Assembly: GCA_963720035.1 (NCBI GenBank) | Contig: CAVREB010000016.1 | Coordinates: forward strand, 87,756 to 151,755 | Length of the DNA stretch: 64,000 nucleotides | Source: an uncultured Nitrospiraceae bacterium | Lineage (GTDB): Bacteria > Nitrospirota > Nitrospiria > Nitrospirales > Nitrospiraceae | Direction of reading: 5' to 3' | Part shown: positions 1 through 10,848 of the stretch, piece after piece | Layout: each line of letters begins with the position of its first letter | Numbering within the stretch: position 1 is the stretch's first letter | The notes under the pieces: model-generated | Database searches by the model: none | The model's input: the letters and a program-made list of their open reading frames with translations, nothing else | What the model was told of the DNA's origin: nothing | Program-made: the position numbers and the translations under genes

Positions 1-405
1 CAACCGCTCTCGCTGATCGATAGCCGTGGCGACCCACTGGTCATTGAGCGCCTCCAGGACCTCCAAAGTCCAGCCTGACGAACGGAATCGGGACAGGACT
101 TCATGCGCAACAGTTCCCCCCTGTGCCTCCAATGCCTGACTCAGAAATCCTTGCACGGCCGGATCGTTGCTCTTCATAAACACCGATTGAAATTGGATAA
201 CCACCTTGATGACGCGATTCGCCTCGGGAGTGCCTTCGGGGGGAAGCACATCGGCGTCTTGGAGCGTTGCAAGGACGGCCATCGACGCTCCAACTGGTCC
301 AGATGGGGTGGCGGCATGACCAGGCACTTGGGCATAGACCGGACTGCCAGCCCCCATGATCAGGCCACTAAGGAGAAAACAAACAGGCATGGTGTCAGGC
401 AACAT
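1..405 (-). CDS. hypothetical secreted protein; 3' end lies outside the window
   Basis: Minus-strand frame is open from ATG 405 (alternative ATG 390) to the window edge. It is absent from the ORF track because no stop falls in the window. N-terminus MLPDTMPVCFLLSGLIMGAGSPVYA looks like a signal peptide. Confidence 0.4.
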   Translation of the reverse strand, partial: MLPDTMPVCFLLSGLIMGAGSPVYAQVPGHAATPSGPVGASMAVLATLQDADVLPPEGTPEANRVIKVVIQFQSVFMKSNDPAVQGFLSQALEAQGGTVAHEVLSRFRSSGWTLEVLEALNDQWVATAIDQRERL

Positions 406-637
406 AATGCGTGAAGCACGTTCCGACAGGCTCGATCGCAGGGAGTGGGACGGGACAGGCATGGGAGGGATTATACAGAAGGGGGAAAGAGGCTACTAGA
501 GTCCGCGATGACGTTACTGCTGTGACCACAGCAGTCTAAATGGAACCATATTCCTGTACTGTCTCGCTGTTTCGATTGAAACGATTCGACATGGTCTCTA
601 TAATCCACCCGCCCTTCGCCCTGCACCGGAGTGACCC

Positions 638-2167
638 ATGCTCGCAAAGGTTCTGAGTGCTGCGCTTGTCGGTATCGATGCGCATCTGATCGACGTGGAA
701 GTTGATATTGCCGGAGGACTGCCACAATTCTCGGTCGTCGGTCTCCCTGATGCCACTGTGAGAGAAAGCCGTGACCGTGTCCGCTCCGCGCTCAAGAATA
801 CGGGCTTCCATTTCCCCGCGAAGAAGATCACCGTGAACCTCGCGCCAGCTGGAATCAAGAAGGAAGGGTCCGGGCTCGACCTGGCCATCGCCATTGCCAT
901 TCTCGTCGCGGAAGAAGTCATTCCGCCCCAGAATGTACGAGGCCGGGTTTGTGTCGGTGAACTCTCGCTGGACGGCCACATCAAGGCGATCACCGGTGCC
1001 TTATCCATTGGGATCGCCTGTCGGCCAGACCATAGTCTATTCTTGCCGGCTGAGAACAGCCAAGAAGCCGCGATGGTGCAGGGCGTGGCAGCCTATCCGC
1101 TCCACACGCTCCCCGAGGCCGTGGCATTTCTCAATGGCACGGTTTCGCTGACTCAGGCCCATGTAGACCGCGACCGGCTTTTTACCACGCGCCCGGTGGA
1201 GGATGAGGACTATGGTGATGTGAAGGGACAAGACCATGCGAAGCGCGCTCTGGAGATCGCCGCAGCAGGAGGCCACAATCTCTTGATGGTGGGACCGCCT
1301 GGATCAGGCAAGACCATGCTGGCCAAACGTCTCCCGACCATTCTGCCCCTCATGGAGCCGGAAGAAGCGATCGAAACGACCCGTGTTCATAGCGTGTCGG
1401 GACAATTGACGGCCGACCATCCACTGCTGACGGTCCGTCCTTTTCGCGCACCACACCACAGTATTTCCGATGCCGGACTTATCGGAGGCGGAACAGTTCC
1501 CCGTCCGGGAGAAGTGTCCTTGGCGCACAATGGCGTGTTGTTCCTGGACGAGTCGCCCGAGTTTCGTCGTCCCGTCTTAGACGGATTACGGCAGCCACTG
1601 GAAGACGGGCATGTGACCCTGACTAGGGCCAGCGGCTCGCTCCGCTACCCGGCGCGCTTCATGTTGATCGCCGCGATGAATCCCTGCCCTTGCGGATACT
1701 ATGGGGATCGCACGCGTGAATGCGTCTGCACCCCGCAGCAAATCCGCCGATATCGGGCCAAATTGTCGGGGCCTCTCCAAGACCGAATCGATATGCATAT
1801 CGAGGTCCCCCCAGTCTCCATGCGAGACCTCCACGATCATGGTCCCATGCCGGAAAGTTCCGCTACGATTCGATCACGCGTCCTGGCGGCACGTGATCGG
1901 CAGCTCCGCCGGTATCGTCAAGACGGGATTCACACAAATGCCCAGTTGAAGCCGCGGCTCCTGAAGCGGTATTGTGGCCTGGAGACTCCAGCTCAGGAGC
2001 TCCTGGAACAGGCGTTGACCAAACTCGGATTGTCTGCCCGAGCCCATGGGCGCATCGTGCGTGTGGCGAGGACCATTGCCGACCTCGCGGACTCTGATAA
2101 GATTGAGCCGCTGCATGTGGCGGAAGCGATTCAATACCGCAGTCTCGACCGTCGGATGGAGTTTTGA
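638..2167 (+). CDS. comM: YifB/ComM family Mg-chelatase-like AAA+ ATPase
   Basis: 509 aa. Family-typical N-terminus MLAKVLSAALVGIDAHLIDVEVD, Walker A GPPGSGKTMLAKRL, Walker B VLFLDESPEF and a ChlI-type C-terminal domain. Confidence 0.9.
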   Translation: MLAKVLSAALVGIDAHLIDVEVDIAGGLPQFSVVGLPDATVRESRDRVRSALKNTGFHFPAKKITVNLAPAGIKKEGSGLDLAIAIAILVAEEVIPPQNVRGRVCVGELSLDGHIKAITGALSIGIACRPDHSLFLPAENSQEAAMVQGVAAYPLHTLPEAVAFLNGTVSLTQAHVDRDRLFTTRPVEDEDYGDVKGQDHAKRALEIAAAGGHNLLMVGPPGSGKTMLAKRLPTILPLMEPEEAIETTRVHSVSGQLTADHPLLTVRPFRAPHHSISDAGLIGGGTVPRPGEVSLAHNGVLFLDESPEFRRPVLDGLRQPLEDGHVTLTRASGSLRYPARFMLIAAMNPCPCGYYGDRTRECVCTPQQIRRYRAKLSGPLQDRIDMHIEVPPVSMRDLHDHGPMPESSATIRSRVLAARDRQLRRYRQDGIHTNAQLKPRLLKRYCGLETPAQELLEQALTKLGLSARAHGRIVRVARTIADLADSDKIEPLHVAEAIQYRSLDRRMEF

Positions 2168-2170
2168 GGG

Positions 2171-2389
2171 GTGATGGTGTCGACGATGAGAGTGTTTCTC
2201 TGGTGGTTTGTTGTCGGGTCCACCATGGCGCTGGCCGTGATCCTTCTGCAGGGCGGCCTTCGGGAAGTCATGCAAGCGCAGGGGTCCGTGTGGGAGCTCA
2301 AATTGGTTGAGCTGTTCACGACCATCATGGGAGGGGGACTGCTCGGCGGCTGTATCGCATTGATACTGGATCGTATCAAAAAGGCATAA
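2171..2389 (+). CDS. small hydrophobic protein (72 aa)
   Basis: ORF starts 4 nt after the comM stop and has two hydrophobic stretches. No family recognised. Confidence 0.35.
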   Translation: MMVSTMRVFLWWFVVGSTMALAVILLQGGLREVMQAQGSVWELKLVELFTTIMGGGLLGGCIALILDRIKKA

Positions 2390-2415
2390 TCGATTCTTTC
2401 TCATATCGTAGTGAA

Positions 2416-2853
2416 ATGAGGCTAGGGATGGACGTGGAAGTAGGTTCGAACCTGTATCGCAACACCGACGGCACGATTGAAGTGGAAGGGATCCCGCAGA
2501 TCCAGATAGCCCTGAAACCGACCACGGGTGCCTTACTCGTGAACTTTGCCCTGTTCGATGCGGGAGGGAAAGTGACGGCCAAGCTTAATGATAGCACCCT
2601 GATGATCAACGAGAAGCGCGCCTACGAAGTGAGCAAGACGACGAAGGGTCTGGTGCTCACACATCTGGCATCGGGAACCATTGTCCTGAAGATGGAAGTG
2701 AAGGCGCCGGACGTGGTCGCCTTCACGAAAGGGGCGTTCCACACGATCAAGGGCCATATGATCGAGGTGTCTCCCACCGAATGGAAAATCGACAAGCTCC
2801 GTACCAGCGGCACAACGCAAGATGTGAAGGGCGGATCGGTCGTCCTCGGTTGA
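2416..2853 (+). CDS. hypothetical protein (145 aa)
   Basis: Clean ORF, convergent with clpB. ATG 2428 behind a GAGG is a plausible alternative start. No family recognised. Confidence 0.5.
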   Translation: MRLGMDVEVGSNLYRNTDGTIEVEGIPQIQIALKPTTGALLVNFALFDAGGKVTAKLNDSTLMINEKRAYEVSKTTKGLVLTHLASGTIVLKMEVKAPDVVAFTKGAFHTIKGHMIEVSPTEWKIDKLRTSGTTQDVKGGSVVLG

Positions 2854-2869
2854 AGCAGGGCGACGCGTC

Positions 2870-5465
2870 CTATCCCGTAACCGTCGGCACGATGACGATG
2901 TGCTGGTCTTTCAGATCTACGGTTGCCGTTTCTCCATCGCGCAATTCGCCCTTGACCAATTGGCGCGCCAAGGGCGTTTCAAGCTCCTGTTGGATCAACC
3001 GCTTCAACGGTCTCGCCCCATAGACAGGATCGTAGCCACGCCCACCCAGATACCGTAAAGCCGCCGGCGTCACGGACAGAGAGATCCGTCGCTCGGTCAA
3101 ACGTGACCGCAACCGCTCGAGCTGAATTTCCACGATCTTCGTGAGCTGCTCCGTTTCCAGAGGATGGAACACTACCGTTTCGTCGACGCGGTTCAAGAAT
3201 TCCGGGCGGAAGTGCTCCCGGAGTTCCGCCAGCACGAGGGAACGGACCTCGTCATAGGAGGCACGCCGTTGCTGCGCCTCAAGAATCTGCGGGCTGCCGA
3301 TGTTGGACGTCATGATCAAGACGGTGTTCTTGAAATCGACGGTCCGGCCTTGAGAATCCGTCAATCGTCCGTCGTCCAACACTTGGAGCAAGACATTGAA
3401 GACGTCGTGATGGGCTTTTTCAATCTCGTCGAACAGAATGACGGAGAAGGGACGCCGCCGGACTGCTTCGGTCAGTTGTCCGCCTTCCTCGTAGCCGATA
3501 TAGCCAGGCGGGGCCCCGATCAGACGGGCCACCGTGTGTTTCTCCATATACTCGGACATGTCGATTCGAATCAGGTTGGCCTCGTCATCGAAGAGCGTCG
3601 CGGCAAGGGCCCGCGCCAATTCGGTTTTTCCGACGCCGGTCGGACCGAGAAAGAGAAACGAACCAATGGGCCGATTCGGGTCTTTGATGCCGGAACGCGC
3701 ACGGAGGACCGCATCTGCAACCGCTTGCACCGCTTCATCCTGGCCAACCACGCGCTGATGAAGCAGTTCGCCCAGCTTTAAGAGTTTCTCCGTTTCACCT
3801 TCGACCAGCCGGGAGACGGGGATTCCAGTCCAGCGACTCACGATCGCCGCGATGTCGTCTTCATCGACCTCTTCTTTGAGCAACCGGCTTTCGCCCTGTT
3901 TCTTGCCGAGCTGTTCCTGCTCCAACGCCAGCTCGCGCTCGAGGCGAGGCAACTCTCCATACCGCAACTCCGCCACGCGATTCAGATCGTAGGCCCGTTC
4001 CGCACGCTCCATCGCCTGTTTGACTTCTTCCATCGCTTCTCGCGTCTTGCGCAGCCGTGCCACCGAGGCTTTTTCAGAGTCCCATCGCGTCTTGAGTGCC
4101 TGTAGAGTTCCTTGTTTCTCCCCCAGCTCCTGCTCAAGCGTCGCCAGCCGCGCCTGACTGGCCTGATCCTTTTCTTTCCGCAAGGCTTCCCGCTCGATCT
4201 CCAACTGCATCACCTTGCGCGAGACTTCATCGAGTTCCGCCGGCAAACTATCGATTTCCGTACGCAGGCGGGCCGCCGCTTCATCGACCAGATCAATGGC
4301 TTTGTCCGGTAGAAAGCGATCGGCGATATAGCGATTCGAGAGTTTCGCGGCAGCGACCAGCGCGGCGTCTTTGATACGCACGCCATGGTGCACTTCGTAG
4401 CGCTCCCTGAGTCCGCGCAGAATCGAGATGGTATCCTCTACGGTCGGCTGATCGACCAGACACAGTCTGGAACCGCCGTTCCAACGCGGCATCCTTCTCA
4501 ATATGTTTCCGATATTCATCCAGCGTCGTCGCGCCGATCAAATGCAATTCGCCGCGGGCCAGCATGGGCTTGAGCAGATTGGCTGCGTCCATCGCTCCTT
4601 CCGCCGCGCCCGCTCCCACGACCGTATGCAGCTCATCGATGAAGAGCAGGACTTGCCCCTCTGCCGCCTGCACCTCTTTGAGCACCGCCTTCAGTCGTTC
4701 TTCGAACTCGCCGCGAAACTTTGCGCCGGCCACCAACGATCCCATGTCGAGGGTGATGACCCGCTTCTTCTTCAGTCCTTCCGGTACGTCTCCTTTGATG
4801 ATGCGAGAGGCGAGCCCTTCGACAATGGCGGTTTTCCCGACGCCGGGTTCGCCGATGAGCACGGGATTGTTCTTGGTTCGCCGTGAAAGAATCTGCACGA
4901 CCCGACGAATTTCCTCATCGCGCCCAATGACGGGATCCAGTTTTCCTTGTCCCGCCAATCTGGTGAGGTCACGGCCATATTTTTCCAAAGCCTGGTAGGT
5001 GCCTTCCGGGTCCTGGCTCGTGACACGTTGCGACCCTCGTACCTGCTGCAACGCGCCCAAGAGCCGTTCCTTCGTCAGACCAAGTTTTTTAAAGACGCCC
5101 CCTTCTTGGACCATGGCGAGGATGACATGTTCGACACTGAGATAATCGTCTTTCAAGGCCCGTTGTTCGTCTTCGGCCTTCGCCAAGACCTGACTGAGCC
5201 GCGATGCGACATGGAGTTGTCCGGGGCTTGCCCCGGCCCCCTGGACTTGAGGCAGCTTCGCGAGCGCCTGCTCTACCGCCTGGCGGACGGAGGGTACCGA
5301 CAATCCTGCCTGTTCGAGGAGAGAGGAGGCGAGACCTCCATCCTGTTCCACAAACGCAAGCAGGAGGTGCTCCACATCTATCCCCTGATGGCTCCGCCTC
5401 GTGGCATGGGACGACGCGGTCTGGAGCGCCTCTTGTAGTTTGATCGTCATGCGGTTCATGTCCAT
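2870..5465 (-). pseudogene. clpB: ClpB disaggregase split by a single-base insertion near 4460 (or an assembly indel)
   Basis: ORFs 4293..5483 (N-domain plus NBD1: [22 protein letters not shown]) and 2870..4519 (middle domain plus NBD2: [15 protein letters not shown]) are contiguous ClpB halves. The junction reads RRFQTV / extra base / [17 protein letters not shown]. The span is 2596 nt, i.e. 865 codons plus 1. ATG 5465 sits behind a GAGAGGAG RBS. Confidence 0.9.
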
Positions 5466-5589
5466 TGGATCACTCCTCTCCACTCATTTGTATGTGCTGC
5501 TGGCATTCACATAATCATTAGGATAGGGGAAGTCAACCTCCCCACGAGGAGGCGCATCGCGGCTTGACCAGAGAAGTTCGCACAGACTA

Positions 5590-6420
5590 TTGTCTCTCAT
5601 GTCGCGCATTCTAGCTGAAACACTCGAACTCTATCGAAGTGCCCTCCGCAAAACCGGACAATCTCTCGCCCGCGGCTGGATGACCATGGTGGCCGTGGTG
5701 GGATTCGGATTTCTGCTGGTCCTTGCCGCTCAGATTGCCTCGCCGCTCGGCATGGCCGGAGGATTCCTGCTTGGTGCGGCGAATGCGCTCCTGGTCGGAG
5801 CCACCCTGAGCCTGATCGAGCAATCGATTATCCATGCACGGGCACTTACCTTTCGCGACATTTTTGACAGCGTCGGCCACTACTTTTGGGATGTGATCGG
5901 CGTCGGATTCATCCTATGGCTACCGCTCATGGCTCTCGACCTGAGCATGCAAACGAACCCCTTTGGCCAGCTCCTGTCGTACGCGGTCCTTCTCCTCCTC
6001 TTTCTCTTGCTAAACCCAGCCCCTGAGGTGATCTATCAAGTGCGCCACGATTCCCCGCTGGACGTGTTCAAGACCTCGTATGAGTTCGTCCTCGAGAATT
6101 GGATTGAATGGTTTCTCCCGTATGCGCTGATCCTGATCCCCATCGTTCTCTCGCCCATGGGACTGCAATCGTTCTTCTCCCTCTCCAGTCGAGTGGGGAG
6201 GGGAGCGGGTTTGGATTTTTTCCAGTTCCTCGTGCTGCCCTTCACGATCCTCGGAAGCTGGCTGGACTATGCAGGCATCCCTTCCTCAATCAGCTGGTAT
6301 CTTGGGCTGCTCCTCACGCCTCCTCTTGCCGTGGCCATGATGTTATTTCGTGGCCATCTCTTTGCATTGTTACATGGGCTGTCACGACGGCAGCGCCGAT
6401 TTGCTTCGCCATTCAATTAG
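5590..6420 (+). CDS. polytopic membrane protein, unknown function
   Basis: 276 aa with multiple hydrophobic helices. Start is TTG 5590 or ATG 5599. TTGACC-18 nt-TATTGT lies immediately upstream. Confidence 0.55.
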   Translation: MSLMSRILAETLELYRSALRKTGQSLARGWMTMVAVVGFGFLLVLAAQIASPLGMAGGFLLGAANALLVGATLSLIEQSIIHARALTFRDIFDSVGHYFWDVIGVGFILWLPLMALDLSMQTNPFGQLLSYAVLLLLFLLLNPAPEVIYQVRHDSPLDVFKTSYEFVLENWIEWFLPYALILIPIVLSPMGLQSFFSLSSRVGRGAGLDFFQFLVLPFTILGSWLDYAGIPSSISWYLGLLLTPPLAVAMMLFRGHLFALLHGLSRRQRRFASPFN

Positions 6421-6569
6421 GATGAGTAGTGTGGTAAACTTTAAAAGGTTCCGCCTCTCCTGATCGGAAGCTGGTAAAACCTTCCTAGCCCCTTCGCTCC
6501 CTATACGGGCGAATGAAACACGAGAGAGTATATTTGCCTGCACCCTTGAGTGACAGGGCAAGATAGTGT

Positions 6570-8105
6570 ATGGAATTACCTACAGCCTATACAGATATCC
6601 TCGCTTCTCAAGGCCAAGAAAGAGCGTCGCTCGTGCGCTTATCAATCTTCTGGCGGATCGTCCTGACCTCCGTCGTCATCATCGTCGTGATGGCAGGGGT
6701 GAATCTGTACGCCTTGTTTCAGCTGCGCCAGCTGACTGCGTTGAGTGCCAACATGGCCACTCACCATTACCCTGCGATCGAGTCGGCCAAACATCTGCTC
6801 ACCGTCCTCTTTGCCCAACTCAATAGCGAAAAGAAGTATCTGGCCGTACGCGATGCCACGTTCTTGCAACATTTCGATGAAGAGGTCGACGAATTCCATC
6901 GCGGGCTCCAGAGCCTCGAAGCGAAGGAACTCACTCCCCAAGGCCTGCAGCTACTCGAGGATACCAAGCACCTGCAGCAAGAACGACTCACGATTCTCCA
7001 TACAGAGTTGGAGAATAGCCTGTCGTCGTCAGCGGCCCCGTCTGCGGACTATGAAACTCGACGAGACGCCTTGCTGGACCGCATGAGTGCCACGCTCCAA
7101 CAGTTTATCGATCTTCACGAGACGGGCATCAGCGTCGGCGTCAGCCGGTCACGGGAAAGCTCGGCGCAAGCCGAAGCTGTGACAGAGCAACTGGTGCTGC
7201 TTGCGCTCGTGTTCGGCATTGCGCTCGCCGGTTTTGCCAGTTACACGGTCCTGCGCCCGCTCCGCCAATTGCAGAGCCATATCAAACAGATCGGGCAGGG
7301 CAATTTCCGCACATCGCTGAATATTCGAGCTCCCAGCGAGTTGCGAGATCTCGTCGATGCTGTAAATTGGATGGGCACAAAGTTACAAGAGCTGGACGAT
7401 ATGAAAGGGGAGTTTCTCGCCCACGTCTCCCATGAATTACGCACGCCCATGGCCTCGATTCAAGAAGGTACCCATTTGCTGTTAGATGAAATTCCCGGCC
7501 CCTTGTCGCAAGAACAACGCACGACCTTGCGGATCATGGCAGACAGCAGTCGTCGACTTATCACTCTCATTTCCACCATTCTGGACCTCTCCAAGATGGA
7601 CGCTGGGATGATGGAGTATCGAATCGTCCCGACAGACCTTAAGCGCGTCACAGATATGTCGGTCAACAAAGTCCGGCTCCTCGCCGATGCGAAGCACGTG
7701 CAGCTGGTGGTGGAGGCGCCTGCACAACGTGTGTGGGTCAAGGCTGATGCGCTTCGGATTGAGCAGGTGCTCGATAATTTGCTCTCAAACGCCTTGAAGT
7801 TCAGCTCGGAAGGGGGCATTGTCAAAGTACTCATGAAGCCGGACCCGAAAGCGGGAGTCCTCGAAGTGAGCGTATCAGATGGAGGACCCGGCATTCAGGC
7901 CGAAGACCTGCCCTATATTTTCGAACGCTTCTATCAAGGACGAACGAAGGCCAAACATGCTATGCCGGGGAGCGGCCTCGGGTTGGCATTGGCAAAAAAA
8001 GTGGTCGAAGCACACGGAGGACGGATTTGGATCGAAAGCGAAGCCAGGAAGGGGACGACGGTACGGTTTATCCTACGCCTGACGAAACCAGGAGAACCGG
8101 CATGA
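6570..8105 (+). CDS. sensor histidine kinase (TM-HAMP-HisKA-HATPase)
   Basis: H-box FLAHVSHELRTPM and N/G boxes LLSNALKFS, DGGPGI, GSGLGLALAKK. N-terminal TM segment. Confidence 0.85.
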   Translation: MELPTAYTDILASQGQERASLVRLSIFWRIVLTSVVIIVVMAGVNLYALFQLRQLTALSANMATHHYPAIESAKHLLTVLFAQLNSEKKYLAVRDATFLQHFDEEVDEFHRGLQSLEAKELTPQGLQLLEDTKHLQQERLTILHTELENSLSSSAAPSADYETRRDALLDRMSATLQQFIDLHETGISVGVSRSRESSAQAEAVTEQLVLLALVFGIALAGFASYTVLRPLRQLQSHIKQIGQGNFRTSLNIRAPSELRDLVDAVNWMGTKLQELDDMKGEFLAHVSHELRTPMASIQEGTHLLLDEIPGPLSQEQRTTLRIMADSSRRLITLISTILDLSKMDAGMMEYRIVPTDLKRVTDMSVNKVRLLADAKHVQLVVEAPAQRVWVKADALRIEQVLDNLLSNALKFSSEGGIVKVLMKPDPKAGVLEVSVSDGGPGIQAEDLPYIFERFYQGRTKAKHAMPGSGLGLALAKKVVEAHGGRIWIESEARKGTTVRFILRLTKPGEPA

Positions 8106-8884
8106 AGGCTGTCCACCGAGGCTTCACCTTGGGAATCTTCTCCTGTCTATTGTTCGCTGGATGCGCGTCATGGTCGTCGCCCCCGCCATTATCGCAGCCC
8201 TATTTCATCGCTGATGCGGGAGAGGTAAGAGCCCTCCATGCATTGGCAAAAAAACAGGAAGTGCTAGCCCAGAAATGTGCCGAGCACAATTCCTGTGACC
8301 ATGTCTATTACACGCGAGCCCTGCTGGGGCTTTACGAAAGTCGAGACAGTGCCTCCAAGTACTTCGAGAGAGTGATCGCTGCCGCGCCCAAGAGCCAACT
8401 GGCCTCCTCCAGCAAGCTCTGGCTCGAGTTGCTCCAGCACCATGCTGCTCCCGTTGAGCAATCCTGGGTCCATTCGGTCATGGCGGCCCCGGCTATTTCG
8501 GAGAGTCAGGCGATCCTGGCCCAGGCTTCGGATCGGCTGGTGCGAGACTTGCTTGATAGAGAGCTGATCATACAGCAATTGCGGGCCATGAAGGATGCCG
8601 ATGCTCAATCCCTGGAAAGCCTCCAGCGGGAGTTAGCCGAGCGCGAACGGAAGATCGAGGCCTTAGGCGGTAAGAAAGACACCGCAAGAGGTTCGACCGA
8701 TACGGGCATCGTGCTGTCCCTACAAAAGCAATTGACGGATCGAGACAAGAAGATAGAGGAATTGACGAGCCAATTGGAGGCGTTGAAGCGCATCGACCAG
8801 GAAATGCGGGATAAGGTTCGTCCAATTCGTCCCCCATCGACGGTTGTACCGCCTCCGACTGCACCTGAACCGACGACGCCATAG
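8102..8884 (+). CDS. putative lipoprotein with coiled-coil region
   Basis: ATG 8102 overlaps the kinase stop (ATGA). MKAVHRGFTLGIFSCLLFAGCASW has a lipobox-like LFAGC. The C-terminal half is E/K/L/Q-rich with a Pro-rich tail. Confidence 0.6.
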   Translation: MKAVHRGFTLGIFSCLLFAGCASWSSPPPLSQPYFIADAGEVRALHALAKKQEVLAQKCAEHNSCDHVYYTRALLGLYESRDSASKYFERVIAAAPKSQLASSSKLWLELLQHHAAPVEQSWVHSVMAAPAISESQAILAQASDRLVRDLLDRELIIQQLRAMKDADAQSLESLQRELAERERKIEALGGKKDTARGSTDTGIVLSLQKQLTDRDKKIEELTSQLEALKRIDQEMRDKVRPIRPPSTVVPPPTAPEPTTP

Positions 8885-8894
8885 AGGGAGTTTC

Positions 8895-10313
8895 ATGGAA
8901 AAAGAACATATTCTTGTAGTCGACGATGAAGAGGGACTGTTACATCTCGTGAAGATGCGGCTGACCGCAATGGGCTTTGCTGTCACAGGCTGCACCAGCG
9001 GGCGTGACGCGATCGCCGCAGCCAAGAAAGACCGGTTCGATCTCGCCATTACCGACCTCCGCCTGGGTAGCGAAGACGGATTAGATGTGACGGAGGAACT
9101 GCTGCGGATTCATCCAGGCCTTCCGGTTATCATCCTGACTGCCCATGGCAGTATCCCCAATGCCGTGGAAGCCATGCAGCGAGGGGCCTTCGGATATCTC
9201 ACCAAACCATTCGATGACAAGGAACTCAAGGCCAAGATCGAAGACGGGCTCTCCCCGCAACGGATGAGAGGAGAGATCCAGCGACTCAAGTCTCTCGTCA
9301 ATGAATTGTATGGCATGGAAAATATCGTCGCACGCAGCCCTTCGATGCAGCGCCTACTCCAACAAGTGGTGCAGGTGGCAGACTCCGACGCGACCATTCT
9401 CCTCTTCGGAGAAACCGGCACCGGCAAAGAAGTGTTCGCCCGCGTGATCCATTCGAACAGCAGACGAAGTAAAGGGCCGTTTGTCGCCCTCAATTGCGCG
9501 GCCATTCCCGAAACACTCTTCGAGTCTGAACTCTTCGGACACGTGCGCGGCGCGTTTACCAGCGCCCATGGTGCCAAGCGAGGCCTATTTCAAAGCGCCA
9601 ACGGCGGCACGTTGTTTCTCGACGAAATCGGCGAAATGCCGCTCTCGATGCAGGTTAAACTGTTGCGGGCCGTCCAGGAACGGGAAGTCCGCGAAGTGGG
9701 GTCTGAAACCACAACGAAGATCGATGTGCGGATTATTGCTGCCACCAATAAAGACCTCGGCGAAGCGGTCAAGAACGGCTCATTCCGGAACGATTTGTTC
9801 TACCGTATTTCCGTCGTCCCGCTGTTTATCCCGCCGCTGCGCGACCGCCGAGACGATATACCCTTGATGGCCCAGCACTTCCTCACCGCAAGTGCGAAAC
9901 GGGCCAATAAAGAATTGCGCGGCTTCACACCGGCCGCCCTCAATCGGCTGGTCACCAATCCCTGGCCAGGAAATGTCCGCGAACTGGAGAATGTCATTGA
10001 AAAGGCCGCCGTCATGACGCGCCAGGACATGATTACCCCGGACCTCCTGCCCTCTATGGGAACATCACCGGACGCGCCGCTCAAGCCTTTGACTGAAGCA
10101 AAGGAAGAGTTCGAGAAAACCTATCTTAAGAACGTACTGCAACTCACCGGCGGCAATATCTCACGCGCCGCCCAATTTGCAGGACGCTATCGGGCAGACT
10201 TCTATAAAATGCTCAAGAAGTATGGTCTGCACCCCTCAACCACGAAGGCGAAAGCAGAAGCCGACCTTGAGGCGCTGGAAGAGGAAAGCGACCTCACGGA
10301 AGCCGAACGCTAG
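8895..10313 (+). CDS. sigma54-dependent response regulator (NtrC family)
   Basis: REC domain (ILVVDDEEG...DLAITDLRL), AAA+ Walker A GETGTGKEVFAR, GAFTSA loop (GAFTGA variant) and a C-terminal Fis-type HTH GNISRAAQFAGRYRADFYKMLKKYGL. Confidence 0.9.
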   Translation: MEKEHILVVDDEEGLLHLVKMRLTAMGFAVTGCTSGRDAIAAAKKDRFDLAITDLRLGSEDGLDVTEELLRIHPGLPVIILTAHGSIPNAVEAMQRGAFGYLTKPFDDKELKAKIEDGLSPQRMRGEIQRLKSLVNELYGMENIVARSPSMQRLLQQVVQVADSDATILLFGETGTGKEVFARVIHSNSRRSKGPFVALNCAAIPETLFESELFGHVRGAFTSAHGAKRGLFQSANGGTLFLDEIGEMPLSMQVKLLRAVQEREVREVGSETTTKIDVRIIAATNKDLGEAVKNGSFRNDLFYRISVVPLFIPPLRDRRDDIPLMAQHFLTASAKRANKELRGFTPAALNRLVTNPWPGNVRELENVIEKAAVMTRQDMITPDLLPSMGTSPDAPLKPLTEAKEEFEKTYLKNVLQLTGGNISRAAQFAGRYRADFYKMLKKYGLHPSTTKAKAEADLEALEEESDLTEAER

Positions 10314-10580
10314 GTCCATGTTTTCCTTCGCGGTGAGCGAGCGAGGGGATCCAACAATCTTCTCACGCGCCTAACGATTCAGTAGAATCGAATTATCCAC
10401 ACCCCGTCCAGCACATCGAATTCCGATAGAGCACCGTGGGGAGAGATTCGGTCGCCACGAAGCATCCTGCTGGATTCCGATCCTGACAGATTCACAAGAA
10501 GAGGAACGGGTGGCGGTATTCATCCGGCAACATTACGACGATAAACCGATGAAATGTCGCCGGTTGGAACTTGCAGAGTA

Positions 10581-10778
10581 TGGAGCTTGCGAGAGGAATT
10601 GAACCTCCAACCTGCGGTTTACAAATCTCCTCCTATCGTAACTGAGCCAACCGAGCAAGACCCGTCCACACCGAAAAACGGGGATTTGGAAAAACCATGA
10701 TCGTCATAGGTTGTCTTGGTTTGGGCTGTTCCGGTAGCAGCGTGGTAGCAGAAGAGCGGTTTCGGTAGCTACACCTTC
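10581..10778 (-). repeat. att-like module 1: tRNA-Thr 3'-half copy, conserved flank and GGTAGCA dyad
   Basis: 10581..10625 matches the tRNA from the anticodon loop to CCA in 44 of 45 nt. The next ~150 nt are ~88% identical to 19279..19420. GGTAGCAGCGTGGTAGCAG sits at 10733..10751. Confidence 0.85.
10751..10778 (+). repeat. direct repeat DR1, copy a (28 bp)
   Basis: GAAGAGCGGTTTCGGTAGCTACACCTTC recurs at 12829..12856 with 1 mismatch. Confidence 0.9.
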
Positions 10779-10848
10779 AACATGAATCAAAAAGAACTCT
10801 AGTCGCTTATGAGCTTTCCTATGGCGCTGGTTCGTTTATTCCCTCAAA

